A model generated the notes under the pieces. It was not told the DNA's origin. It saw only the letters and a list, made by a program, of their open reading frames with translations, and made no database searches. The position numbers were made by a program, and so were the translations under genes. A DNA stretch of 64,000 bases from Octopus sinensis (taxonomy: Eukaryota), in the NCBI RefSeq assembly GCF_006345805.1, contig NC_043000.1:8184001-8248000 (forward strand), in the 5' to 3' direction. Below are positions 50,851-63,534 of this stretch, one piece after another. Position 1 is the first letter of the stretch. Each line of letters begins with the position of its first letter.

Positions 50851-51874
50851 ATTAAATATTAACCCAAAGAATGACAAATACCAATAAACAAGCAAACAAA
50901 CAAATAAATAGATAAAGAAATGTAATAAAATATGATGACAGCAAAAGGGGGAAGTCTATTCCGGTCATAACTGTTTGAATTAAACTTGTAAAATTACTAA
51001 AACAAGTAAAAACATCCAAGTTTAAATTAGTAATGAGTTAGAAAACATATTTGTGCCTCATGCAGTGTGACTGTCAATGGCAACAACAGGAAATAACACA
51101 AATCGCTTCTATTTTTTTTCATTCGTCATCAATTATGATCTTGAATTCAACTGGCTTTTTATATCTTTGTTTATTTTCTGTTTTGAAATATTTAAAAGTA
51201 AGAAAATATTTCAGATACACACCCTCATAAGATGTGAATCAACAATAATATATAAACATATATAAAAATAAGAAAAGGAAACTATTTCTTTATATATATA
51301 TATATATCTTGCCTATTTTTATTTTCTATAGCTATTTTATTATTGAATATAAAATATTTTCTGCTTCTTGCTTGACTTCAAGGAATGCTTTGTTGTTTCG
51401 TGGAATTTCTGGTGTAATACATGTCAGAGTTAATGTTCTGGAAGAGTTAACAATGTAATAAATTTACCAACGCTTTCACTTCTATTTAGAAGCCAGGTAG
51501 GAGGAGAATCTTATCTAATCGATGGCTATGAATCTATGAATTTCAGAACAGACTTGAGACTATTGTTGGAAAGTTTTAAGAAAGACAAATAATTAAGAAC
51601 AAAAAAAACCAATAACAATAAAAATAAGGATTGACTCTCCCTTCAAAGATGACGTGTGAGTGTTCAGCTTTTGCTGAATGACCTGCACAAATGATTTATT
51701 TATAGTGATCAAATGTTCGTGCTGTAGATTAGCTCATTCTCTCCAGTGAATCGACATTACCTGAACAGGTGCAAGGTGTACCATGTGTCAGGTGGCAAAG
51801 TGAGATGAAGTGTTTTGCTCAAGAACACAGTGCACCACCTGATCTAGGAATCGAAACTCCCTAACCACTAGGCC

Positions 51875-51914
<40 letters not shown>

Positions 51915-51924
<10 letters not shown>

Positions 51925-52147
51925 TAATAATAATGGTTTCAAATTTTGCCACAAGGGCAGCAGTTTTGGGGGAGAGGATGAGTCGATAACATCATCCCCA
52001 GTGTTCAACTAGTACTTATTTTATCAACCCGAAAAAGTGTAAGGTAAAGTCAACCTTGGTGGAATTTGAACTCAGAAAATAAGGTCGGATGAAATATCGC
52101 TAAGCATTTCATCCAGCATGCTAACAATTCTGCCAGTTTGTCACCTT
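51915..52147 (-). mobile_element. SINE family B between two (AAT)n tracts
   Basis: Reverse match to the family B core. Confidence 0.8.
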
Positions 52148-52170
52148 TAATAATAATGATGATGATGATG

Positions 52171-52253
<83 letters not shown>

Positions 52254-52256
<3 letters not shown>

Positions 52257-52514
52257 GTCACAGAAAACGAGAAAGCAACCATACTCTGGGATATGCCAAT
52301 ACACACAGATAGAGAAATTAAGGCCAATAGGCCCGATGACTTACAAACACATATAACATACAGAAAATTGCACTACTAGGCACTGCACACACCCTACGCA
52401 AAACACTTTCAATACAGTTACCATAAGGGCATCAAACCAAACCACAGCACATACCCAAGGCACACAGAGCTGCGCTCGGTAGTAAAGTGAAAACACGTTA
52501 TAAAAATAAAACTA

Positions 52515-52517
<3 letters not shown>
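52254..52517 (+). mobile_element. Second R4/Dong-type 3' fragment, internally deleted
   Basis: NVTENEKATILWDMPIHTDREIKANRPD then KIALLGTAHTLRKTLSIQ and a 3' UTR; (AAT)n on both sides. Confidence 0.8.
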
Positions 52518-52558
<41 letters not shown>

Positions 52559-52794
52559 TATATGCAAATGCTTTTTGTGTAAATTTTTTCTATTTGTCAG
52601 AGAGTCTTCTGCTACATTATCGGTGCTGTTAAACAGGACAAGGACCTAGCTTTTATCTTTTTCTCTGATTAAACTATAGAAATATAAAAGCCTGATCCCA
52701 TGAGGGAACTTTTAATCAGCTTTCAAGGAGGGAGCTTTCAATCAGCTTCCTTGAAGTAGCAGCTAAATTCCCTTGCATTCACTCTGCTATCTTA

Positions 52795-53215
52795 TATCAT
52801 CATCATCATTGTTCGACCATGGTCGAGACAATAGAATTTACTATGCTACGCCAGACTTCACGGTCCATCATAGCATTACGGAGGTCCTGTTGCTGGATGC
52901 CTACATCCCTGGAGATTACATTAGGGCAGGAGAGTGTGCGCCCTCTGGTATCGCGAGTAGATGATTCCAGAGGGGAAGAGTAGAAATTACCTCGTTTTCA
53001 GATCTACAACAATGTCCAGTAAACTGGACTCTCCTACCTTTCACAAGAGATGATACAGGTGGTAGTTTCCCATATACTTGAACTTTGGTTGGATGGCGTT
53101 TCCATGAGAGATTTTGAGCTCTCATAAGGAGGCGGGTGTAAGTTCCATCCAATCGCCTCTCAAGCGTCTTTGATAACGTCCAGGTTGGTCACATCTGGAA
53201 TGTCTTTAATAAAAA
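52795..53215 (-). mobile_element. RTE-like LINE 3' end with (GAT)n tail
   Basis: DGTYTRLLMRAQNLSWKRHPTKVQVYGKLPPVSSLVKGRRVQFTGHCCRSENE; (CAT)n at about 52795. Confidence 0.75.
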
Positions 53216-53719
53216 TTCTGCTTGATCAAAGCTGACTTGGGGATAAGAAACAATAGCAGCCCATACTGTAAAATCTTAAATGTTTCAAGTTTTAGCACAA
53301 GGTCAGCAATTTTAGGATAGTGGGTTGGTTGTTTGGTACATCAATCGCAGTACTAAGCTGGTACTTATTTTATCAACACCAAAAAGATAAGAAGTAAAAG
53401 TTGACCTTGGTAGCATTTGAATTAAAATTTTAAGTAATTCTTTCTAGTTTTGGCATACGGGCAGTAATTTTGAGGGGAGGGAGAAATCAGTTATATTTCC
53501 CTTAATGTTTAACTGGTACATTATTTTATTGACCTTGCAAAGATGAAAAGCAAAGTTAATCACAGAAGCATTCAAACTGAGATTTTAAATTATAAAAACA
53601 AAAAGAACTTAAAAAACACTATGCAAAACTATTTATATTTTAACCCATTTTCTGGTCAATGATTGTTTATGACATGCAGATGATTGTTAGCAATTTAAAC
53701 AAAATTTTTGCCTCAGTTT

Positions 53720-54113
53720 ATAGGTGCAGGAGGGGCTGTGTGGTAAGTAGCTTGTTTACCAACCATATGGTTCCAGATTCAGTCCCATTGCATGGCACCT
53801 TGGGCAAGTGTCTTATGCTATAGCCCCGGGCCGACCAATGACTTGTGAGTGGATTTGGTAGACAGACTATATGTATATATATGTCGTATATATGTATATA
53901 TATATGTATGTGTGTGTGTGTTTGTGTGTCTGTGTTTGTCCCCCTAGCATTGCTTGACAACCGATGCTGGTGTGTTTACGTCCCCATTACTTAGCAGTTC
54001 GGCAAAATAGATCGATAGAATAAGTCCCGGGGTCGATTTGCTCGACTAAAGGCGGTGCTCCAGCATGGCCGCAGTCAAATGACTGAAACAAGTAAAAGAG
54101 TAAAGAGTAAAGA
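53720..54113 (+). mobile_element. SINE family A
   Basis: Near complete match. Confidence 0.88.
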
Positions 54114-54424
54114 GAGAGTTTATATGAAACTGTGATTGAAACATTGACTGATGCTGCAGAAGTGTCTGGGCTGTAGAATAAAACTCAGTGAATGCAGTGC
54201 AAATAGCATTAAATTAAGATCGCCTGCTGTGTTGCAAAGACAGATTTTAGATAAAATTAAGTCAACATAAATACATCTCACAGCAACGATTTTTCCCTAA
54301 AACTTGTACTTTTTTCAGATAGTCACACTTAGTGCTTGGTTTTCCACCTCTGCTCCAGATAATTAACGATGTAAGCAAAAGAGTTTCAGTTAGAAAGTAA
54401 AGCTGCATTGCAGGTTCATATATT

Positions 54425-54805
54425 CTTTTCTCTTTACTTGTTTCAGTCATCTGATTATGGCCATGCTGGAGCATTGCCTGGAAGAGTTTTAGTCAAACAA
54501 ATTTGCCCTAGAGCTTATTTTTCTGAAACTTAATACTTATTCTATTGGTCTCTTTTACTGAACTGCTAAGTTATGGGGGATATAAACACATCACCACCGG
54601 TTGTCAAACAGTGGTGGGGGACAACCACAAACACCGAGACATACACACACAGATATGTACATAGATATACAACAGGCTTCTTTCAGTTTCCATCTGCCAG
54701 ATCCACTCACAAGGCTTTGGTCAGCCCAAGGCTGTAGTAAAAGACACTTGCTGTGGGACTGAACCTGGAATCATGTGGTTGGGAAGCAAGCTTCTTACCA
54801 CATGC
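54425..54805 (-). mobile_element. SINE family A, diverged
   Basis: Reverse match. Confidence 0.8.
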
Positions 54806-55694
54806 CTCAATTCTTTCAGATTACATTCTGCTTCATAGCACTCACCATATCAAAGGAACATCTTTATATATTAACTACATCAAGTAAACTTCTACACAGT
54901 TATTATTCAACTTGTTAGAAATACCCCCTAAGTTTTCTTTCAACCATTGTAACTGAAACAAGATCAAATATCACTTCAGACAAAAAACAAAACAAAACCA
55001 GAAATTCTATCTCCCAATCCCCACCGAATGGTCACAGCTGGAATACTTTTGATCATAGTTTTGCCCCATCAGAGCACACCATGGGGTTAAACAGCAACAA
55101 CTTGAAGTGACATATTCATATTCTGAAATAGCAGTTTTATTGTATTAAACGTAAGTATGTCAGCTTATAAGTGGACACTTGTCTATTATTCTCATATAAT
55201 TTAGCTTATCTAGTGACTACTTAATATAAGTTCTCCTTGAGAACACTGATCAGTGCTGAAATGAAATCAAAGCAATATGAATCATTTCATTTTTAATGCC
55301 CTCAATTCGGTCAGATATTTGTGATAGGAAAATGATTGTTTAAACCAGGCATATCCGGCCAAAATATTCTACCTGTTTTATGTTCAAACTGGCCAGATCT
55401 GGCCTCTCACACCTACTTTGTAATGTCAGTTTTAAAATAGACAAGCTCATCATTGATAACTCAAAGCTACAAGATAATGTGAGATTAATTCAAAACGATG
55501 AGTAAATAAGCATTACACTTGACAGAATAATCTGAATGCTAAAGGGTTAAATCATAGAAGTACCATTGATGATCTTGCCCTTATATAACATGTCAAGGGC
55601 CAGCAATGCTAGATTTAGGGATAAGTTACATAAGCTACAATTTAACCCTTTTAATATCAACCTGCACGGGAGTGCTCTTAGTTTTATGAATAAC

Positions 55695-56025
55695 AAGGTG
55701 CAAGAGTGGCTGTGTGGTAAGTAGCTTGCTTGCCAACCACATGGTTTTTGGTTTCAGTCCCACTGTGTGGCATCTTGGGCAAGTGTCTTCTACTATAGCC
55801 TCAGGCTGACCAAAGCCTTGTGAGTGGATTTGGTAGATGGAAACTGAAAGAAGCCCATTGTATATACTTATATGCATATATACATGTGTGTGTGTGTGTG
55901 TGTGTTTGTGCCTGTGTTTATCCCCCACAATATCACCTGACAACTGATTCTGGTGTGTTTATGTCCCTGTAACTTAGCAGTACAGCAAAAGAAACCAATT
56001 GAATAAGTGCTAGGCTTACAAAAAA
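55695..56025 (+). mobile_element. SINE family A
   Basis: Head and most of the 3' module. Confidence 0.8.
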
Positions 56026-57864
56026 TTTCATGTTGCTCCAGTCGACTAGCAACAAGAAGTAGTATCTGTATTTCAAAGGGCCAACCTTGTCGCATTCTGT
56101 GTCATGCTGAATCTCCTTGAGAACTACATTAAGAGTACATGTGTCTGTGGGTTACTCAGCCACTTGCATGTTAATCTCACGAACAGGCTGTTCCATTGAT
56201 TAAATCAACTGTAATCCTTGCAGTCGTAACTGATGAAGCTGAAATGAATGTAGGACTACATTATCAAATATGGATCTTCCATTTTAAGTGTGATTCAAAA
56301 GAGAATTGTCTGTTATATCTTGTAAGCAGAATAAATCCATAAATGCTTCTAAGGCTGGCAAGATAACCTTCGCCCAATGATCAGGCACCCTATCGACATG
56401 GCTACTAACAATTTTCAATTTAATAGCTTGTAAATCTTAATGTACCCGTAAGATTGCTATTGAAGAGTTTATCTTCACAGAGTGTATCAAAGACAAGACA
56501 GTCTTTTAGAATTCCTTTTCTTACAGACCATTCACTGTTTCTAGTAATTATTGCAGGGATATTACATAGGAAAAGTCTGTGGATGGACTGTAGCTGTAGT
56601 TCAAAGATTCAAAGCTGTGTCACAGTGGTTTTGACTGCAGATTACAGTAAGAAAATACACATGCTTAAGGAATATATATGTATATATACACATGCTAGCA
56701 TGGAAGATGAACGTTAAACAATAATGATGATGATGATGATATATATATATATATATATATATATGTATCTATCTATATATGTGTGTGTGTGTGTGTGTGT
56801 GCGTCTTTGTATCTGTATTTGTTTTCCACCACTAATTGACAACTAATGTTGATGGTTTTATATGCCTGTAACTTAGCAGTTTGGCAAAAGAGTCCAATAG
56901 AATAAGTACTGGGGTTAATTATTTTGACTGAAATTCCTCAAGGAAGTGCCCCAGCATGGCCAGTCAAATGACTGAAACAAAATGAAAACTAAATAATAAA
57001 AGATAGTTTTATCTCTCAAAAAAAATAGTTTTAAGCTTTATCCTACATTCATAGATCAAGAATGAAGTTAGAGTTACAGCTGAGAAATTTGTTACAGGAT
57101 GCATGGGGGAGAAATAGGATTATATAAATTTTACAAAGTTACAATAATATTTATAGTTGTTTGAAATTCCCACATGCATCAAGTCACATGTTTCCTAACT
57201 GCAGCTGTTCCCACAATCCTGATCTATGGAATGTGTCATTCACGTCTGCACTAGGTCTCATTAGTACCAATTTTTCTTCAATACTTTGGTTACATTGACC
57301 AAACTTATAAAACCTGCAATATCATGCCAAGAAAATATTTCAGATATTTTATTATGAGCTGAGAGGATTCCTGACACTAAGACATAAATCTGGTTCCATT
57401 CTGCCATAACCATTTTCTCTGTAGGTTTTGCAGCATACATTATGGTCTGGCATATTTATTATGAAACACAAGCTTCAGTTGTAATGAATGAACCATTAGT
57501 GAAACCCTCGGTATAGCTTCAAAACTGGCTTACCATAAATATAAATCTGTTATCCTCTTTCAACCACCATGTTTATAATTATCTCTCCTTGTTTTTGTGT
57601 TCTAGTAGTGATTGTGAGACATCTCAATCAATTTTCAACAAAGTCAGGATCAATCAGTACCAAAATGGATCCCGTGAGCAATGCCATTCATATTGTCAGG
57701 TTTCCATGTGATGTTTTACATGCTGTAATTTCAATAACAGGTTCAAAAGAATCTTGTCATTAACAATCATTTTATAATTACTACAGATGTGCTTCAGAAG
57801 ACTTGGCAAGCACAAGTGTGACCATAACCTTGTGGTCTATGCTAGGGGTGTAACCAGTCCATTT

Positions 57865-58402
57865 ATGCATGCCCTTTCTTCATTAGACACTAAACTCTGC
57901 TTGCGAAGACCAGTTGAGGCAAGTGAAATCGAAATCGAAGTCGAAATCAAACTTGGTGACTGGCATCCGTTGCTTGTCGAGTGCTAAGAGTACCACACGA
58001 GTGAGATCATTGCCAGAGCAACAAACTGGCCTTCGTGTTGATGGCACGTTAAACACACCATCCGAGTGTGATCATTGCTGTGTCGCCTTACTAGCACTTG
58101 TGCTGGTGGCATGTGAAATATTCGACCGAGGTCGTTGCCAGTGCCGCTGGACTGGCTCCTGTGCAGGTGGCACATAAAAAGCACTATTTGAGTGTGGCCA
58201 TTGCCAGTTCCACCAAACTGGCCTTCGTGCTGGTGGCACGTAAAAGCACCCACTACACTCTTGAAGTGGTTGGCGTTAGGAAGGGTATCCAGCTGTAGAA
58301 GCTCTGCCAGATCAGATTGGAGTTTGGTTCACCAGTCCTCAGTCAAAATCGTTCAACCCATGCTAGCATGGAAAGCAGATGTTAAATGATGATGATGATG
58401 AT
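57865..58402 (+). mobile_element. Family D element, long copy
   Basis: Five or so ~62-bp internal units and a (GAT)n tail. Confidence 0.8.
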
Positions 58403-59353
58403 GTATCTAAATTTCAGTCTGATTTTCATGCAACTAAATTAGGGGACATGCATTTGCTACTGTCAGCTTGAACATGCTCAAAATCCCCTGTTCAGTCACC
58501 TACCATGATTTAATAATTGATACTAAGAAATATGCAATATTAGTTTCCAAGATGCAAACATGTATGTATATTTTCTTCCAGTTCAACACTGGCCTTACAA
58601 TTGTTTACTATACCAGTATCTTTAATGTTGGGTGGAATAAAATTTATTAATATTGCACTCTGTAATATGGTGGGCAGGCAGAATCGTTAGCATGCTGGAC
58701 AAAATGCTTTGTGGCATTTCATTTGTCTTAACATTCTGAATTCAAATTCCACTGAGGTTGATTTTGCCTTTCACTCTTCTGTGGTCAATAAAGTAAGTGA
58801 TAGTTGTTGATGTAGTTGCCTTACCTACTCCCCTGAAATAACTGGCCTTGTGCCAACATTTTGAAATCAGTATTAGTTTCCAAGGAGCAAATATGCTGTA
58901 TGTGTGTTTTCTCTCAGTTCAATACTGACCTTATAATAGTTTAATATACCAGTATCTCTAATGTCAGGCAGAATAAAATTGATTAATATTGCATTATTAA
59001 TATTTAATACATCAGTTTCAATAAGCCCATGACTTTCATCACAGTCCATGACCAGCACTGGTACCTATTTATATTGTGTTCTTGTTTCCACACTGCTTTC
59101 AAAGAAACTCAATATTTTTAATCATTGATCTAACAAACTGGTGAAGTTGGAGAGGGTTTTCATAAAGGTTGGGTTAAACAAATGACATTGTCTAAAAACT
59201 GGAGTAACATCAATAATGGTATCCACTTACATCTTTAAACTGTTGTTATTCAGTATAATTAGAAGTAAGGTGGGGTTTTTTGCCTTGTAAGGTTTCATTG
59301 TTAGGGATTTAATCACAATTTTCTTCAACAGAATTCACTGTCACTATTCATAT

Positions 59354-59772
59354 GGGATCTTTTCGGTTTGAACGGCAGTTTTTTCTAGCGGTTTCATATG
59401 AAATTGTCACCCATAATTATGACCCTAGAATCGATCTATTGCATTTCAATCTCTTTTAGGGTTAGGGTTAGGGGTGGGGGAAAGGTATCTTTTTTTCTTC
59501 AGAAATGTAAATAAACCGTATCTGTTTCTTAAACGAGGGACATATTCATATGGCACAGAATGCTTTTTAACTCAATGGGTGTCACTGATTGGTTGAAATT
59601 GCAGAAATTGAAGAAAAAAAACAACAAATATCTTACAAAGTATAGAATTTTCTCAATAAAGCCAAGAGAAAAAGATGTTTTATAAACACATTCTACCAGT
59701 ATACGAAGTTTGACATTTTTTAGTTACCTAGAAATTATGTTAAAAACTGCCGTTCAAACCGAAAAGATTCTT
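59354..59772. mobile_element. Non-autonomous TIR element with internal (TTAGGG)3
   Basis: ATCTTTTCGGTTTGAACGGCAGTTTTT pairs perfectly with AAAAACTGCCGTTCAAACCGAAAAGAT; TTAGGG x3 at 59456-59473. Confidence 0.8.
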
Positions 59773-59789
59773 CATTTCTAAGTTAAGGT

Positions 59790-59960
59790 GGCAAGCTGGC
59801 AGAACTGTTAGCACACTGGGTGAAATTTCATCCAGCTGTATGTTCTGAGTTCAAATTCCACCGAGGTTGACTTTACCTTTCATCCTTTTGGGAAAAATGA
59901 AATAAGTACCAGTTGAGTACTGGGGTCGATGTAATCAATTATCTCCCTCCCCACACTTTC
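59790..59960 (+). mobile_element. SINE family B
   Basis: Match to the family B head and core. Confidence 0.8.
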
Positions 59961-60594
59961 AGCCCTGATTAGACTAATCTATAACCAAAAGCATTCATAT
60001 TACAATCTTCCTTTCTTATTTTTCTTTTTTTTTTTAACTCCAGTCACGGTCTATCAGTTTACCTAAGACTACATCAATCAATGTGTTCAAGGGAAGTTTT
60101 TTTCCTTAAGTTCTCTGCATGTAGGTACATTTTTACTTTAATATTCTAACTTTTTTCAAACATAGTCTTGCCTATCACTTTTGAACTCGTGTAAAAAATA
60201 TATATACATATATTTTTTCATTTTTCAATATTAATATATGTATAACTCTCTATGGTTTTTTTTCTGCTAGTCCACCTGTTACATTATATTCTACTATACA
60301 CACGTGGCCCTGTTCATTATACTTTGTCTCGACCTGTTACCATTTTCTTAAACATACCTGTTAGCTTTTCATTCTTACTTTTATGTTTATAGTTTACCGC
60401 ACATATTGACGTGCACACACATTGATATGTCTGTCTTTTTTTCTCTCTTACTATCATTATTACTGTTACTTTTCCCCTTTTAAAACTTGCTTGCAAATAT
60501 CCGATTTTTTTCCCTATTACCCCACTTGTATTCTCTCTTATTTTAATTTATTTAATTTTATTAAACCTTCTTTGATGTCCTTACAAAAATTCTT

Positions 60595-60691
60595 CACACC
60601 GATGAAAATGACAATGCATAAATTTAATTATAATTACTATGGTTATAATTTTCTTACATATTTGTATTGTCTTTCGAAACGTGCGTATGTA
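60595..60691 (+). ncRNA. Type I hammerhead-like motif, CCGATGA core, extended helix II
   Basis: ACA-CCGATGA-...GACAATGC[46 nt]GTATTGTC...-GAA-ACG(TG)CGT-A-TGT. The base of helix II is imperfect. Confidence 0.5.
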
Positions 60692-61126
60692 TTGCATCCT
60701 ATTTTGTATTAAATCTAATTTTGATTCAACATCTTTCTATAATTGTTTATGGTATTTTTATACCTATAACGATATTTTTCAACTTCTATTTCCGTATTCT
60801 TATTACTTGCTCAGGGTGTTTTTTATGAATATGATGAATCTCTATTAGAAATCATTCTTTCTCTCTTTTTGGACCTCTCAAAAAGTTTGAATCGTTCTCT
60901 TTTGAACTTATTTTTTTTACGCATATATACATGCATATGATGGGCTTCTTTCAGTTTCTGTCGAGCAAATCCACTAACAAGGCTTTGGTAGAAGACATTT
61001 GCCCAAGGTACCATTCAGTGGGACTGAACCTGGAACCATGCAATTGGAAAGCAAACTGCATAGCCATGTATGTGCCAATACAATACTATAAAAAAAAATG
61101 AATATATATATATGTATATATGTGTG

Positions 61127-61164
<38 letters not shown>

Positions 61165-61167
<3 letters not shown>

Positions 61168-61650
61168 CAGTGCCGGTGGCATGTCGAAACTTTACTTGTG
61201 AAGACCTGTTGAGGCAAGTGAGGATCAGAATCGAAATCGATCAATGGAAATTGCAGATGTGTTACCAGTGCCGGTGGCATGTAAGAGAACCTTCCGTTTC
61301 GCGACCGTTGCCAGCGCCGCCCCGACTGGCCTTGTGCCGGTGGCACATAAAAAGTACCATCCGTTCGTGTCCGTTGCCAGCCTCGCCTGGCCCTCGTGCC
61401 GGTGGCACATAAAAAGCACCATCCGTTCGTGGTCGTTTGCCAGCTCTGTCTGGCACCTGTGCGGGTGGCACGTAAAAAGCACCCACTACACTCACGGAGT
61501 GGTTGGCGTTAGGAAGGGCATCCAGCCGTAGAAACACTGCCAGATTTGACTGGGCCTGATGAAGCCTTCTGGCTTCACAGACCCTGGTCGAACCATCCAA
61601 CCCATGCTAGCATGGAAAACGGACGCTAAACGATGATGATGATGATGATG
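61165..61650 (+). mobile_element. Family D element, CpG-rich young copy
   Basis: Five GTGCCGGTGGCA(C/T) units, conserved 3' block and (GAT)n tail. Confidence 0.85.
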
Positions 61651-61660
61651 ATACATATAT

Positions 61661-62025
61661 GGAGTGGCTGTATGGTATGTAGCTTGCTTACCAACCACAT
61701 GGTTATGGATTCAGTCTGTGTGGAATCTTGGGCAAGTATCTTCTTCTATAGTCTTGGGCCGACCAAAGCCTTGAGTGGATTTGGTAGATGGAAACTGAAA
61801 GAAGCCCGTCGTATATATGTGTGTGTGTCTGTGTTTGTCCTCCCCCCCCAACATCAATTGACAACCGATGCTGACGTGTTTACTTCCCTGTAACTTAGCG
61901 GTTGGGCAAAAGAGACCGATAGAATAAGTACTAGGCTTACAAAGAATAAGTCCTGGGGTCAATTTGCTCGACTAAAGGCGGTGCTCCAGCATGGCCACAG
62001 TCAAATGACTGAAACAAGTAAAAGC
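61661..62025 (+). mobile_element. SINE family A
   Basis: Head-to-tail match. Confidence 0.85.
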
Positions 62026-62799
62026 GTATACTTTTGATGTGATACGTGTGTGTCCAATGTAAAAAAAAGTAGAATAATGAACAATTTCCCTGATTACTTT
62101 ATGGCCTTTCTAATTACATTAGTCGTCTAAATTTAATCCGGCAGCTTGCAGGTTTTTCATTTGTTGTTGAGCTAAGCATTTTTTTTAAATATTTTGGTAA
62201 TATATTTATTATTGATTTTTAATATTGCAATAAGGTCAGATGTTTTGGGAAGATGGGTATCATTGATCATATCGATCTTGGCGTATTGCTGATACTAAAA
62301 CCAATGAGGTAGCTTCCACGTGGTTGCTTGACCTGCTAGAAAAAACGAACAACCAAATGCCTTTCAAATCACACCCTATCATCTCGAAAATGGTAAAAAA
62401 AAAAAGAGTGTATTATAATGTAATTTTAGATATAAAATGCCTGAAAGAAAGGATAATTATGACAGGGTGGTCACAAAATACGTTCTGTCATACTAAATAG
62501 CAACAATAAATGATACTTATTTTGTTGAACCCAGAAGGATGAAAAGCGAAGTCAACTCTGACTGAATTCGAACCGAGAATGTAAAGAGACGTTGCTGCCT
62601 CGAAGCATTTTGGTAATAAATTATCAAAGCTTGTTTATGATTGGATCCCACTAAATCACACATGTCGTGTTCTGCTGGAGAACGCAACAAATATGAACTT
62701 AATGAACCTTGGAAATTTGTGGTTCCAGGCACAGTTATTGAGATACTTATAAGGAGATATAAAAATATTCTAAATTCTTAAAAAATGTTAACTCCGTCA

Positions 62800-63434
62800 T
62801 ATTTTCTAAATGTATAAAGGCCGGGTTATTCCCAAGCCCTCCCCCACTTACAAATATGTATATATAAGTGTGTATGTATGTAATTCGACGAATGTAATTT
62901 CGACAATCATTGAAGTGCTAAAATTCCGAGTAATTCAAAATTCGTGTCGGGAACTCTTAATATCATGGGAAATGACGTAACCGGGGAGGGAGAGACTTTT
63001 AAAATTGTTCTCGTTTTCCTTTTTTACAAACCTACATAATAATAACAATACTATTAGAAAAAGGAAGTGAAATAAAAGGAAAATATGTTTCGGTAGTTTT
63101 AGTTTAAGAACCAATTCCATGATTATATAATCGACGATGGAGAATGTCCTGGAGACAAAAATATGAAGAGGAAGGAAATTAAGTAAAGTTTAACCAAAGA
63201 TTACACTTATACTATAAGTGGGTGTGTGTGACGAAGGCGTGATTGGTTTTCTTTTTCTTTTTTACTATACAATCAACTGACAGTAAAACGTCTTATTTAC
63301 TACTAAGTAAACTTAGACGGACGTGTCATCTGTGAATGAAAGAAGAAGCTCGAATAATCAGATGACAACAACGACGGGCGACTGCTAAATATCAGCCAAG
63401 CTAGAATTGTGCCACAGAGGAATGGGTTGTACGC
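62800..63434 (+). promoter_or_regulatory. CpG-retaining promoter-like region
   Basis: Abrupt rise in CpG and absence of repeats from about 62.8 kb; TGACGTAA (62973-62980), reverse CCAAT (63241-63246) and CGCATGCG over the ATG. Confidence 0.5.
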
Positions 63435-63534
63435 ATGCGTGGAGCCAGTGACCTAGTTTCTCAGCGGGAAAGTCGAATTATAATTATCACTGTGGTGATC
63501 AGTACTCTGGCTGGATTTCCGAAATTTGTTGCCG
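63435..63534 (+). CDS. Probable first coding exon with signal-peptide/anchor-like N-terminus (MRGASDLVSQRESRIIIITVVISTLAGFPKFVA)
   Basis: First in-frame ATG after a TAG, 33 codons plus 1 nt, consensus donor CCG|GTAAGT (phase 1), hydrophobic core IIIITVVISTLAGF. Confidence 0.55.

Noticed and set aside
56561-56650. GYYIGKVCGW as a GIY-YIG motif or exon
   Set aside because: No upstream GIY half or downstream R/E-H motif, and the frame closes quickly.
59456-59473. Ancestral telomere fusion or healing site
   Set aside because: Only three units, in one orientation, and inside a TIR-bounded element.
61170-61471. CRISPR-like repeat-spacer appearance
   Set aside because: Eukaryotic context, no cas genes, linkers homologous to each other, and the array is internal to a multi-copy retroelement.
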